Numbered from the stretch's first letter, positions 31,215 through 46,563 are shown. The stretch is 64,000 nt of DNA from the human T2T-CHM13v2.0 reference genome, Homo sapiens (GCF_009914755.1 NC_060932.1), one strand, 5' to 3'. Notes: a model not told the origin generated them from the letters alone. Translations and numbers: made by a program.

Positions 31215-34200
31215 TTTTATTGATTTGTCAGTCATGCATAAAGTGTCTACTGGATGCCAAGTACTTTACCAAGTTCTGGGATTACAACAAGGAATGAGAC
31301 AAAATTTGCCCATAAGAAATTTAGTCTTAATTCAAGTGTTTCTAACATAAAGAAAAGACAAATACTTAAGGTGATGAATAATCTAATTATGCTGATTTGA
31401 TCTTTATAAATTACATATGAATGTATTGAATTATCACAGATACCTGGAAAATATGTAAATCTATTATGTGTCAATTTTTAAAATAACATAATAAAATCAC
31501 TCCATTAAAAAAGACATTTACAGTCTAACAGGGCATAAAGGCCTATTACAACTTGATATTATAAAATATTCAGTAAGTACTTTGAAGAGTACGTAATAGG
31601 TATTATGGGAGCTCTCACAAGGGGGCATATCTCTACAGGGGAGGAGAAAAGAGGTCAGGAAAGGCTTTGTGGAGGATCTGATGACTGAGCTGAGTATTAA
31701 AGGATGAGAAGGAGTTAGCTCCTGTTTTGTTTTTGGTTTGTGGAGTGAGGGTTTGTCCAGTGCAGGAAGGAAAAAGGAAAGAGGATTCAAGGCAAAACAG
31801 TATGTACAAAGACAGAGAAGCCAAAAAGAGCATGGGAGGTACAAGTACAAGAAACTGGATACATTATTTACTGTTTTGAAGCCAAAAGTGAGAGACAGAT
31901 TAAAGGATGAAGCTGGAGAGAAAGACGGGAATTTGCCTTGGGTCTATAGAGCTTTGACTTTACTCTTTCAGTGATGGGTTTTGAGGTGCTATAAACACAG
32001 TTGGCTTAACATTTTTTTTAGCATATTTCTTCTGTGGCTCCATAGAAGATGGATTTGGAGAAGATAAGATAAGAAGAAGGGAGACCAGTTGGGAGACCAT
32101 ACAAGTTAGAAATTAGGAAATAGATGATGAGACCTTGGTCCAATGACAGCAAAGCTGTAGAGGCTGGGAAGAGTTCAAGAAATATTTGGCCATTAGAATT
32201 CACATCGCCTGATCAGAATTGACATGAGATGACAAATAGTGAAGGGGAGGGGAAGCCAAGAATAGCTTGAGGGGCTGGTTAGTATAACCAACTAAAAGAG
32301 ATTAGAGTGAAAGAGAAAATATGAATTCTGTTTGTGCTGTGTTGAGTTGACACTCATATGGAATGCTCTTGTGGACATATGCATCAGGTATTTGTTATCC
32401 AAGTCACAATTTCAGGGAAGAGATCTGTACTAAAGGTAAAGACTTAGGAGGCATTGACATGTGGATTTTAAAAGGGTGTGCAGATGAAGTCACCCAAGCA
32501 GGGTTTGTGGAGTCATTATAATCAGAGGAGTCAGAAGGGAGGGTACTACTCTTAGGAACTCCAGCATTTAAAGGTAAAGAGGCAGATGAGCATTGCAGGA
32601 AGAAGCATTAAGGACTGATTAGAAAAGTTCAGAAGACCAGGAGAGTGGGCACTCACAGGAGCTGAAGGAGAAGTAAGTTTCAAGAAACAGGCATCATCTC
32701 CAGGGTCAAAACAAGCAGATAGGAGCTGTGAGTTAGAGGAATTAATCCATGTGCATTAGGTGTGACAAGCTGATGGTCATTTGTTTGCCACAGTAAGAGC
32801 AGTTTCAGTGGAGAACAGGTTTGGGGCACTGAATCATGGGTCAGAATCTGATAACAATGGGTTGGTGGTGAATTGTAGATGAAGACATGGGCAGTGTTAG
32901 TTGAATCTATTATTTTAAGAAGTTCACCTGAGAAGCAAATGAGAATGTACTGAGGAAGTCCAGGGAGGGATTTCTAGGATAGGAGAACCTTGAATATATT
33001 CGTAAACTAAGAAATGTCAAAATGGGGAAAGATTCAGAATATAGTAGTGAGAGGATAGAGGACACAAAAGCAGAAAGGGATGAAGTTAAGCATAGAAATT
33101 AAGAGGATGAACTTCAAAGTAGAAGGCATTGTGATGAGAGGAAAGGAGGTAGGAATGGGTACGCAGGAGATAAAGTTTTTGGTCAAAGAATGAGAAGCTA
33201 AAAGATTATGGGAGATGTTTATCATGTTTGCAGCTCTGAAGCATCTCTTGAACACTCCTATACTTGAAGAGTTTTCCACATTATGAATCCTGATTCCCCA
33301 AGGTAGAAACTAGAACTCATTCTCCTGGCATCATTTGCCACTAAAGTGCAGGCATGTGAGGTCACTTCCATCAGTCAGATGCTTCGGCATGAGATGCTGA
33401 CTTGGAAGGGAACAATGTCAGGAGGTAGGTGCATGGAGACTCCATATTCTGTTCAGACACAATAGGGACAGAACTTCCGGTTTCCAGTTCTAAGCATTAG
33501 CAATGCATGGTTCTAGCGAACGTTTGGATTCCGGCAGTGGTGCTCACCACAACAGCCCTCTTGGCATGGTTGGGGCTGGATAGCTCCGAAGCTGGCTTTC
33601 TGGCTTTCCTGGAGATTCCTGTAACAACTGTGGCATTCAACCAGCAGACTGGGTTCTGTTGTTTATTATGAAGAGTGCTGACTGATACAGCAACCATGTG
33701 TAAAGTCATCAATTTTCTCAAGAAGGGAGGCAAGGTCATCTGCTGAAATTGAGAGGGAAAGGGCATGAAGAGAATGATAATGGGTTGGAGTCACTGATGA
33801 AATCACTGGGAGAGGAATCTGAGCCACAGATAACTGAAGAATTAATGGGAAACCCAAGGGTCTGGTATTTAAGGTCAAGTTGAAGTTAGACCCATGAATC
33901 TGCAGTAGGCTTTATCTTCATGGATTGCTTGATTTTCTTTTCCTAGAAGAATTAGGTAGGGGAGGAAGGGAAGTGAAAATGGCAGTAAGAAATCAACCAA
34001 GGAGGTCTATTCTGGGGAGAAAAAAAGGAAAGGCCAGAAGTGAGCTGATAAGCCAATAAAATGGGAAGAATCAAGGGATTAAAAATTCATTTGAGTTAAA
34101 AGAGCAAGTATAGTATGAGTGAGTTAATGAGAAAGCTGAGAGCATAAGAGACTGTCTCCAGAAGTTGCAATCTTCAAATATTATATTTTAGAGGTAGAGA

Positions 34201-34600
34201 AGATCCAGGTCTTGAAGAGATTCAAGGGGGTAAAGAACGTCTCTGGCATTAAATAAACTCAGGAACCTCTAAGCTAAGATATAGGATGAGTTGTCCATTA
34301 ACATTGATGCTGAAATTTCTTAGGATGATGGTAGGAGTTGGAGAGAAGAAGATTTAGTATCAGATGCCAAAGTTTATGAGTGAGGGAGAGTGCTTGGGAG
34401 CTGAGTAGGTGGCAGTGGGTGAAGGAGATAAATGACAAAGCCTGCTGGTCTCAAATGCATCATGGAATGAGCTTTAGTACAATAGTTCAATAGTAATAGA
34501 CTAGAAGCAGCAGTGATTCATAGAGGGTGAAAAGATCTAGAAAGAAGGCACACTCATAGCTAAGCATGGTAAAACTCAGTACAGGGCCAGGAGAGGGTGA
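31215..34600 (-). mobile_element. Long, highly diverged L2 relic with nested insertions (L1MA 3' piece ~31337-31490; LTR16-like ~33230-33690)
   Basis: Purine-rich L2 antisense motifs over >3 kb (ggaaggctttgtggagga, ggagaccagttgggag, ggaactccagcatttaaag, agagcagtttcagtggag); boundaries approximate. Confidence 0.6.
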
Positions 34601-35304
34601 AGGTGGCAGTGTGGTCCTCATTTGTCCTTCATTTGCTAGGTAATGACTGCCTCAAAGAGAGAAGACAGGCTTGGTGAGAAATAACTGGTCTCAAATCTCC
34701 AATGTCCTAACTTTGTCCAAGGAATTTGTAGAGCGAAAATGAACTAAGTCACATCCACACGAGACTCCTTAAGATACTTGGAGATGTCCCCACATACCCA
34801 CAAGACTTATTTTGTCCATGCTAGACACCCTCAGTTCCTTTAACTATCCGCCATTTCACTCATTCATTCTTCTCTGGAAAAAAAATTGCCACTTTATTGT
34901 TTTTTTCTTGAGCTTTTACTCATGGCAGAAGGTGAAGCAGAAGCTTGCACGTCACATGGTGGGAACAGTAGCGAGAGAGATGTTGGTAGGGGGAGCTGCA
35001 ACACACTTTCAACCAACCAGGTCTCATAAGAAGTCGTTATGATCAATGTCATCTTAAAATGTGGCACTCAAAATCAAGCACAATTTTCCAAAGACTATCA
35101 GATGTAAGGAGAACATGGTAAAATAGCTAACCTTTATTTCTTATGAGTTGAAATTGACTCAGGTGAGCCAAGAAAACACCCTGACGTCACTCTGAGTGTA
35201 GCCCCCTTTCTTCTCTTCATTCCCTTCAAATATACTTGGGCCTGAACAAAAATTTTGTTATTGATGACAAGGAGAATTCTATGGCTAATAATGATTATGA
35301 TGAT

Positions 35305-35716
35305 TGTCTTAGGCCATTCTTGCATTGCTATAAAGAAATACCTGAGACTGGGCAATTTATAAATAAAAGAGATTTAATTGGCTCACATTTCTGTCTGCAG
35401 GCCAGACAGGAAGCATGGCAAAAGCTTCTTCTGCTTGGCTTCTGGGGAGGCCTCAGGGAGCTTTTACTCATGGCGGAAGGTGAAGCAGAAGTTTGCATGT
35501 CACATGATGAGATCAGTAGCAAGAGACAGATGTTGGCGGTGGCAGGTGCCACACACTTTTAAACAACCAGATCTCTTTAGAACTCAAGATCGTGAGGACA
35601 ACACCAAGACATGAGGGATCACCTCCATGACCCAAACACCTACCACCAGGCCCCACCTCCAACACTGGGTAAATTTCAACGTGAGATTGGAGGGGACAAA
35701 TATCCAAACGATATCA
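35305..35716 (-). mobile_element. MSTB-like MaLR solo LTR
   Basis: tgtcttaggccattcttgcattgctataaagaaatacctgag...aaatatccaaacgatatca; 5-bp TSD atgat / gtgat. Confidence 0.88.
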
Positions 35717-36774
35717 GTGATGGTGTTGATCATGATGAAACTCAAAGCAAACTGTGGGTGACAGGCCCCTCATGGAACTAGCATTAGAACTCAGGAGGTA
35801 GGTAATAAGTAGGGTTTTGTTTGGTTTTGTTTTGTTTTCAACATGAACCATATGTATATGTATATATATGTATATAAATATATGACTTGTTCAGGGACCT
35901 GCTGTCCTAATGCCCAAGTTACTTCCTGCTTTAAATCCGGTAGCACAAGCTAATGGTGTTGATGTGGTTTCCAGAGATGCCTAACCTATTCCCACATAAT
36001 GGCTTATGTTCTGGGAAATTCTGACTCACAGAAAAGACACAGCAGAAAGAAGAACTTAAAAGTCTAACTCCTATATGGCATTTCATTGTTTGTTAAATTG
36101 TACCTTTAGGCTTGATGAAAAATAAAATCAATAAAAGATGCTACTTTGAATTTACTTATAGCTACAAGTTGTGGGTTGGTTGATGGAAAGTGGTAACTTT
36201 TTTTCCTGGAAAAAAAATTATCAAGTATTAGACCATAGTCTTGCAGTCAGAATAGCAGTTAAAACAAGGTAAATAAAAGTTAGTAATAAACAGGAGGGAA
36301 CATAGTTTTGGGAACACATCTGGTTCAGTGCTATAAGATCAGGTTTGGGGCCATTTCTCTTTAGTGTCTCCAATAGTTAATTTAATGTTAGAAGTGATAA
36401 AAATGAAATTATTTCAAAATTATGAACTAATAAAGGAACATTCTCAGTATTGAAAAGTAGAGGAAATGCCAAATAAAATAATTAGAAACATGGAAAACTA
36501 AATGAAACATTAGATAAGAAGTCCTCAAATGTATAATTTAACATAAAAAAAGACAACTGGAGATCAGGTATGCACGGGACATGAAGAGGGAGGTAATTTA
36601 CTTGTGCAAAGTTCACTAGAGTGATGCTTGAAAGATCTGAATTCTAGTTTTTAATGTCCTCTAAATTAGCCTGGCAAGTCATTGCCTTTCTTGGTCCTCA
36701 TTTTCTATATTTGTCAAATAAAGGGTTTGAGGGATTAATCCTAATAACGGGGCTCAAATATTCAAATGATTCCA

Positions 36775-37290
36775 TGAAAAAAAAACAACAGAAAGAAAAG
36801 CAGGAAGGAAGGAAGAAAAGGTGGGAGGGAGAAAGGAAGAGAGGAAGAAAGGGAGTAAGGAAAGAGGGAAGGAAAAAAGAAAGGAAGGAAGGAAGGAAGA
36901 AAGGAAGGAAAGGGAAGGGAGGGGAGGGGAGGGAGGGAGGAAGGAAGAGAAGAAGTGAATGAGGAAGGAAAGAAGGAAGGAAGGAAGGGAGAGAGGGTAG
37001 GAGGTAGAAAGGAAGAGAGGAAGGGAGGGAGGAAGGAAAGAAGAGGGGAAGGAAAGGAAGGGAAGAAGGGAAGGAAGGAAGGAAGGAAGGATGAGAGGAA
37101 AGGAATGAGGAAGGAAAGAAGGAAGGGGGAGAGAGGGTAGAAGGTAGAAAGGAAGAGAGGAAGGGAGGGAGGAAGGAACGAAGGAAAGAACAGAGGAAGG
37201 AAAAGAAGGAAAGAAGGAATGAAAGGAAGGAAGGAAGGGAAGGGAAGGGAAGAGGGAGGGAGGGAGGGAGGGAAGGGAGGAGAAGAATAG
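36775..37290 (+). repeat. Polypurine low-complexity tract (GGAA/GGGA/GAAA)
   Basis: ~500 bp almost free of pyrimidines on the + strand. Confidence 0.95.
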
Positions 37291-37459
37291 GCAGATCCCT
37301 GCAGAAAGCCCCAGAGTAGTTTGTCTAATTTATGAGTTGTCCAGACACTCTACATCTGCAGAAAAAAATCATCCCAGGACACCAGAGAATAAATTCTTGT
37401 AAAAAATTGAGCATCCCAGGGCATGTTGTTCATATGCTGAGAATTCTATATTAGACTGT

Positions 37460-37860
37460 CTGGTAGACTGTTGCACCAACAGGCCTCAATAAATCACACT
37501 TTTCAGCATCCATGTCATTGTATGGTCCTCTCCTAATTGACTCTAGACTTAGCCCACATGGCTTGCCTCAGCCAAGAGGACATTGGTACATGTGTTGCTT
37601 CGGGGCTTGTCCTCCTGAAATGCTGCCACTACAATGTGAAAATATAAAAGAGCCAGCCTGGACTCCTTGAGAATGAAAGACCACGTGCAGGGAGAGGCCT
37701 GATAATTCCAGCCTGTTCCAGCTTCTAGGGGAGCTAGAATGGGACTGAGACCAGGCAAGACCAGCACTCAGCTGACCCACAGACTCATGAGAAATAGTGC
37801 AGTATTACCATTTAAAGCCACTAGGTTTTGAGTGTTTGTAATGCAGCAAACGATGACTTA
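37460..37860. mobile_element. MLT1 (F/G-like) solo LTR
   Basis: cttagcccacatggcttgc...cagctgacccacagactcatgagaaat...tttaaagccactaggttttgag...atgcagcaa. Confidence 0.7.
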
Positions 37861-38754
37861 TCCAAATTGGAAAGATCAGGCAGACTACTAAAAACTTCTT
37901 ATTAAGAGAATGTTCCCCAAATCCTAGAGCCTTAAAATTTTATGTGTTCAGCCTCATGCACAATCCCAACTGTCCCTGTGACTCTGTGACTCTGCCCCAT
38001 GAATTTCTCCCATTCTCATAAGAAGGTATGTGAAGAAGGGGAAGTTAAAATAAATTTTATGATAACCAGTGGAGTTTACCATTTATAAGATGAAGAGACC
38101 ATAAAATATAATGTCAGGACAACTTTTGGTGTGCAGATTAGATTTCTTTCCAGAACATTCTGTGTTTAGAGAGTTGATGTGGAGATTTTAGTCATAGACT
38201 CAAAGAAGGTGAGCACAAGCAGATACATAAAATGGCCTTCTAATTGAGGCTCCATTTTTCTCCCTTAGTCTCTCCCCATGCCAGCCTTCTTGATGTTTGA
38301 CTCAATTGACCGTGGGATTTTCTAGGACCCCTGAGGCTGTTCTGGGCTTGGGTAAGTGAGATGGCTGAGTTGGATAACAACAGTCATAGGATTACATAAA
38401 AAATTTAGCAGTAGTGTTGATGCAGGATCATGTAGCTTTGTAAGAGGCCCCTAATGTTCTGGAGGGAGATGGTTTCACCAGCCAACAAGGAAATTAGAAA
38501 TTCAAGCAAAAGAAGGAGACATAATTGTGTTGGTCATAGGCCAGTTCACCTGTTTTGCCTTCAAAGTTCCCATAAGCCCAAATGACAAGATAATGCAGCG
38601 GCTGTTTGGTATTGTAGTAGAGGTCTCTACCATATTAACTTAAAGCATGGGAGCTGAAACTGGTTCTGTGGTCTTCCTAGCACTGGCCCTCCCTCCCCAT
38701 TCCTCACTAGTACGGAAGCATTGCAGTTCTATTCATCAGTCTATTTTGTATCCT

Positions 38755-39107
38755 TGTATCAGACCGCTCTTGTCTGGCTATAAAGAAATACCTGAGTCTG
38801 GGCAATTTATAACAAAAAGAAGTTTAATTGGCTCAGGGTTCTGCAGGCTTTGCAGGAAGCATGGGGCCAACATCGCTCAGCTTCTGGGGAGGCCTCAGGG
38901 GGCTTTTACTCATGGTGGAGGTGAAGTGGGACCACAGGCACATTACATGGCAGTGAAAGCAGGATGAAGAGAGAGAGAGTGGGGTGATGGGGGAGGTACC
39001 ACGCACTTTTAAATGACCAGATAACGCAAGAACTGACTCACTATCTTGAAGATAGCACCAAGTCATGAGGGATCCGCTCCCATGATCCAAACCAGCCTCC
39101 ACCTCCA
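38755..39107 (-). mobile_element. MST-family MaLR LTR, truncated
   Basis: gctataaagaaatacctgag...aggaagcatgg...catgagggatccgctcccatgatccaa. Confidence 0.85.
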
Positions 39108-40007
39108 GTATTATCTAAATTATATCAATTTTCTTCCTCCTTTTTATTCCTCTCACTGTAATTTAAGCCCTTGTTTTGAACATGTTCACTTTGCCTTCAA
39201 TCTCTCCTTGTTCAGGTACTGCCAGATTAATCTTTCTAAAATACAGTACTCCCCTCTAAAAGCTCACCAATAGTGAATGAGAAAAGTATATAATTTTGGT
39301 CCTGCTTTCCTGGCTCCTTTCAGTCTAATCTTAAAGAATCCCACTGGCCATATCATTCCTAACTCCTCTTCATCACCCTAGAATCACAGTTCTCTATATA
39401 AGGCCATCTTTCTTATCTCTAAGCCTTTGTTCTTAGAATCTCTTTGCCTGGAATGCCTTGTGTCTCATTTCTGCTTGTCTATGTCAGATTCCTCCTTGAA
39501 GACCCATCTGAAATACCACATCCTCCATGAAAACCCTACTGATCCTTCCATGTTGATGTAATGTCTCTCCTCCTGAATGCCCACAACTTCATCTCTGTGG
39601 CCTTTTTGGCACTTATACTTTCTACTTCTTTATTTAAAGCATTATAATTATTTTCATTCACGACATTTTACCCTTTTAGATATTATGCTCACTACCATCA
39701 GGGACTGTTTCCTTTCATTTTCCCCCAGCACTAACAGAGGCTTACCACATGTTCGATGAACAAGCAGAAGCAATCATTCATTTTCCTTTCACGTGATCAA
39801 TGGAAACTACACCCCTGTGTGTTCCAAGCATATCATGTGAGTACGAAGAGATGAAAAGCAAGAAGAGAAGAAATGCAGGAAGGGAAGGAAGAGGAGAGCC
39901 ATGTATGGCTTTTTGACTCAAACATTCTAGAAGTAGCACCCTCAATTCTGTCTCTATCGTTTGCCCTAGGAAAAAAAAAAGTTTTATTATAAAAATATAT
40001 AGCTACT

Positions 40008-40319
40008 GGCCAGGCACAGTGGCTCATGCCTGTAATCCCAGCACTTTGGGAGGCCAAAGCGTACAGATCTATTGAGCCCGTGAGCTCCAGAGCACTTTGG
40101 GCAACATGGTGAAACCCCATCTCTACAAAAAGTACAAAAAATTAGCTGGGCATATTGGTACATGCCTGTGGTCCCAGCTACTTGGGAGGCTGAGGTGGGA
40201 GGATAATCTGATCTTGGAAAGTTGAGACTGAAGTGAGCCTAGGTTGTGCCACTGCACTCCAGTGGGGAAACAGGAGTGAGACTCTGACTCAAATGAAACA
40301 AAACAAAACAAAACAAAAC

Positions 40320-40386
<67 letters not shown>

Positions 40387-40427
40387 ACACACACATATGT
40401 ATATGTATATGTGTATGTATATATATG
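40008..40427 (+). mobile_element. AluJ followed by compound (AAAAC)n(TA)n(CA)n microsatellite
   Basis: Alu dimer to ~40290; microsatellite ~40296-40427. Confidence 0.92.
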
Positions 40428-40950
40428 GCTTTTATGAAAGACTATGAAGAATTTAATAAAACATTTCATTCTAACTATAGTATTTGTTTAGTTGGATCAA
40501 TATAAATTAAAAAGAAAATTATCTTACAAACATTTTCAAACTACTCTAAAGTGTCAAGAGAATTCTACATCCTTTGATTTAGACACTCTGAAATTCATCT
40601 TTGTGCAGTCAGTCCTTCATTAGGCATGAGGGGAATATACAATAAATAAAATAAATACACAAGTCATGGTCTAAAGTAATTTACAATCTAGTTGGGGAAT
40701 CAAGAATAATGAAATGATTGAATAATAATTCAAGACGGCATATTACTAAAGTTGTAAGATGAATCATGTAAATACTAATCACTGTGTCAGAGTTCTAGAA
40801 ATGCTGTATTTCAACACAATGGTTACTCAAATCAGTATCACTCACATTTTAGGGATAAAATATATATATATCACTGCATGTAATGAATAATAATTGGAAA
40901 AATAATAAAACTTCAAGAGAAAATAAAAATAGGACGGGCATGGTGTCTCA

Positions 40951-41289
<339 letters not shown>

Positions 41290-42499
41290 TCATCTCCATC
41301 AGATCACCTCCTCCTTTTATACAGAATAGCATCTCATCTTAGAACACTCAGGCTACAGGAACCATGCCTGAGGTTAAGGTATTCTATAGAACATATTAAT
41401 AGCTATTAAGTTACAGAGCCACTTAGGCTTAATTTCCAAAAGTGAGCTTACTCAGGTTAATCAGGAAGGCTCTGGCTCTCTCTAGGCTAACCCAAATTTA
41501 CATGCATTCATTTGTTCAACAAACATATGTTAAGTACTCACTGTATACCATGCACTGAGCTAGGCTCTGGGAACAGAAATATAATGAGGTTAAGTTCCAG
41601 CCTTCCTGATACATGCAATGTAACTGGGAAAATGAGGGTGTGCTGGGGACAGCATGGTGTAGCAGAAAGAGCCTTAGACTGCACGTTAGAGGTCTTGAGT
41701 CCCAGCCCTGGTTCCCCAACTGCCCAAGTTACTATGTAAACCTAGGCAAGTCATTGATACTCCCTGTACCCAAGCGTCTTTGTGTGTCAATTGAGGATCA
41801 CAAGGGCCTGCCTCACCAAACATATTATGAGGACAGAAGGAAGTAATAGTCTGAAAGTTCTTTGCAAAGTTAATCTGCACAGATTTATGGTGTCATTATC
41901 ATTTGTAGTTCACTCAGAGGACTAGAAACAGTATTGGAGCATTAAGTGTCATGTAAATCTTTAGTGACATGTTTCTTCCTTGGAATCTAACTAGGAAATA
42001 CTGTCTTAAAAAAAAAAAAGTAAGATTGGAGTCTTTTGTTCCTGGGCATTTAATGAGACTGTTTATTCAAACAATTTGGAAACTCTGCTTGCCACATACC
42101 AAAACTAACAATGAAATTCATACTTTTAAGTTCAGTATTGGGCAGGAATTCTTCTTTCATTAAAGACTCTCAAGATAATTTCTGAAGCCCAGAGGCATTC
42201 TTCCTTTCTCTCTTGTGTGAACCATTTCTCTATTAAAAAGAAGTGTGGATTTGAGACTCTACAGGAACGTACTAAAGTGAAGCTCACTTATAAAATCAAC
42301 TATATTACAGATTTCTTTTAAAAAATCTCCTCCATTCTTTTTATCCTTCTGGTATTGATTCCTCTGTCTCTTCTCATTTTCTTCTTCCTTGTTTTTTCTT
42401 TATATTTCCTCTCTGGGTCAGAATTTGATCTAAAAGAATCACTTGGAATTGTTTGGTTTTCCATCAATACCTTCTTATTGTACTTAAGATGAGTCACAC

Positions 42500-43095
<596 letters not shown>

Positions 43096-44179
43096 GAGTT
43101 GTTGCTTTGTTCAGGCTCAAAAGCTTGTGTGTGACTTGCAGGTCTTCAACTCTGAACCCAGGACTGAGTAGAAACTGGAGCCGAGTCATCTACACATCCA
43201 GCCGGCCATGAACCAGTGCAGCTTTGGAGGTAGCTCCCATCTGCTCTCCATCAAGAGACATAGGTGCTGTCTGTTAGAAGAGAGACCCGATGGTGACTTG
43301 CTTCACTTTCACTCTCAAATTCAGTAAGGTAAATGAGCTAGTTAAGTTAACGTAGTGTAATAACTATGTAAAGAGATTAGGCATCAGAAAGTCTTTGTTT
43401 TAATTCTGTATGCCACTGACTAGTTCTGTGATATTTAAATTGGTGAATGTGGCAATATAATTTCTATGAATCTAGAACCCTCTCTGTGAAGGGTTCAGGG
43501 AGCTACCCTCTTTCATATTTCTCTATTTGTGTAGAATGATCTGTCATCTATGGGCCATGCCCTTTCACTAGAAGCTATGCCAGGTGTTGTATACATTTAA
43601 TTGTCCTTAAAATACCAACACACCAGTCAAAACCAACTCTGTTTCAAACTTAAACAATGGCACTTATCGAAGAGGCCATAAGCTGGCTCTGATTCAAACA
43701 TACACTTAGAGGAAGAGGCAAAGTGTCTTACTTTACCAAAGGGCAGAATGCACTTCAACTTCCAGTTAGAGAAATCTGGAGGACACTTGGAGCCATGCAT
43801 GGGGTGTGTGTGGGAGTGGGCGAGCCTTTGGTGCCAAAGAGGGAAATGCCTTCCTCAGCTAAAGGGCCAGAGGGAATGTCGGGGGTTTCAAAACCAGGAA
43901 GAAGTGGAAGGAAGGAAAGAAGTAAAACTTGTGTATGTTGCGCATCCCATAATAAGCCAGACACTGTCATCTTATGCATCTCATTTCATTCCCATCCTAT
44001 TAAATGACAGTCTGGGTTTGGTGGAAAGTCTATCTCAGACTGAGTTTAGGAACTCACTCAAAAACCAGAATGAAGAAGATGATTATCTAGCCTTATATAT
44101 GTTTCAGTAAAGTCCAGGAAGTGCCATTACTGCTTTTTCAACATTTCTCATAGCCAATTAACTTTATTTCCATATATTT

Positions 44180-44355
44180 TAGTGGCTCTCAACCTTGGCC
44201 ACACATTAGTATCCCCTTGGATGCTTTGAAAAAATGCTGATATCTGCGCTCCATCTCATCCCAATCAAATAACTCCTTGGAGGAGTAGACAAAGAGGCAA
44301 ATGTTACAAAGAAAATCTCCCTGGGTTATTTTAATATGTACTTGAGAACTGCTGT
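44180..44355. mobile_element. MER5-like fossil
   Basis: agtggctctcaaccttggccacacattag...ttgagaactgctg. Confidence 0.6.
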
Positions 44356-44736
44356 ACTCATTTGCAGAAAATTCCTTATAAAACTAAAAGGGATTTGTGC
44401 ACTTTTTGCAAAGATTGCCTGTAAGAGAGAAGCTAGGAAATGGAAACGCATTTCTGAATCTGGTCCAAAAAAGAGATGAGATTTGATTTTATGAGTCTAG
44501 TAGACCTTATCAAAACTGCCTGGGAAGATCCAAGGAACACCAGAATATTAGAAAAAGTTTGCTTCTGCTCCTTTCTCAGAGCTTTGACCCATAAAAAAGC
44601 ACTGGTTACCATAGGCCACTGCAGATGTCCCATATCGTTGGGATAGCGACTGTCCAATTCCACCCATAAGTTTGAGGTGAGCAGTTCTCTGAGACACGGG
44701 CTGCTTGTCACTGTATTACAGAAATATAAGAAACCA

Positions 44737-45127
<391 letters not shown>

Positions 45128-45695
45128 TGAGAGACCAGAAATGTCTAATTAGCAACTCAGAGTGTGGATTTTAGAGAAAGAACTCCATAAAGGTAACTCT
45201 TGGAAAAACATTAAATATTACAGTAATGTAATTGATTCAAAGATGAATGTAAAGACCAATAATTTATCTTGGTGTTTATGAAGATGAAGAAATAAAGGCC
45301 CATACAGAACCATACACAAATGAAAATAGTTCAAAATCAAATCTAACTGCTCACAGAGAGCTGAAAACACAGCAGACCCTAAATATATTTTTAATGATTG
45401 ATGAACTGATTAAGATTTATTTTGAGATTTGATCAGTTTTTAGTAAAGTTTAAATGTTTTTGTATTTTTCTTTCATTTGTACGTTACATTCACTGTGGTA
45501 CAAGTGTATACCTGCTCTAACAGTTAAAAAGTGGTTGAGGTTTCTGATGCTGATCATAAAATATGACAGGAAAAATACTCTATTTTATAAAGAAAACATA
45601 TGAAGGCAATTTTCATTGTCTGTAGAACTGAAATAAGGATTAATCTTTATCTCAGAAAAAGTGCAAAGTGGCTTATCCTGTCTTTCTGGCAACAA

Positions 45696-45816
45696 TAGGG
45701 CTGGCAGTGTTGCACAACTCCAGGGGGCGCCTTACACATAGTGATCTCTGTGCTTGTCCCCTGCCCACCCACAGTTGTACAAGGGCCATGCTATGCCATT
45801 TTACTTGACAGCCCTG
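45696..45816. mobile_element. MER91-like hAT MITE carrying a CTCF motif
   Basis: TIRs tagggctg / cagccctg; 8-bp TSD ggcaacaa / ggcagcag; internal gcacaactccagggggcgcc as recalled for MER91. Confidence 0.72.
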
Positions 45817-46225
45817 GGCAGCAGGGCTCCTAAGCAACAGTCCAAAAGGAAGGCCAAGGAACACATCCATTAAAATGTAGGCTATTTGTTTCATGGTATT
45901 CATTACCACGAATAAATGACAAATTAAAAATATTAGTAACCAATAAATAGATGTTTAGCTTTCTCTTTAAGTTCTGGCAGTGAACGCTGCAGCAGAGCAT
46001 TCCTGAACACATGTTGGTGCTACCATGTTCCATGTCTGTGACTCGTCAGTGGCCAGCCCCTGTCAGCAGTCTTCCCCACATTCGTCCCTATAACACATCC
46101 TAGATCATGGAGGGGGGAAATGTTTTCCTCTGAGAGTACTGGCCCAAAGGGAGGGAAAAAGTAACTGAAGGCCCCACAAGTAATAGGCCACCTGATTTTT
46201 TTTTAGAGCATTATAAAACATTCTT

Positions 46226-46563
46226 GGCCAGGCGCAGTGGCTCACGCATGTAACCCAGCACTTTGGGGGGCCAAGGTAGGCAGATCACCTGAGGTAAGGA
46301 GTTTGAGACCAGCCTGGCCAACATGGTCAAACTTAGTCTCTACTAAAAAACAAACAAACAAAAAAAAAAAACAAAAACAAAATACAAAGTTAGCCAGTTG
46401 TGGTGACAGGTGCCTATAATCCTAGCTACTTGGGAGGCTGAGGCAGGAGAATCACTTGAACTCAGGAGGCCGAGGTTGCAGTGAACCAAGATTGCATCAC
46501 TGCACTCCAAGCCTGGGCAAAAAGAGTGAAACTCCATCTCAAAAAAAAAAAAAAAAAAAAAAA
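46226..46563 (+). mobile_element. AluS with expanded A-rich linker
   Basis: Full dimer with poly-A tail. Confidence 0.94.

Noticed and set aside
35182-35189. Perfect CRE TGACGTCA and scattered AP-1 heptamers elsewhere
   Set aside because: Isolated short motifs are expected by chance in 64 kb; no supporting cluster.
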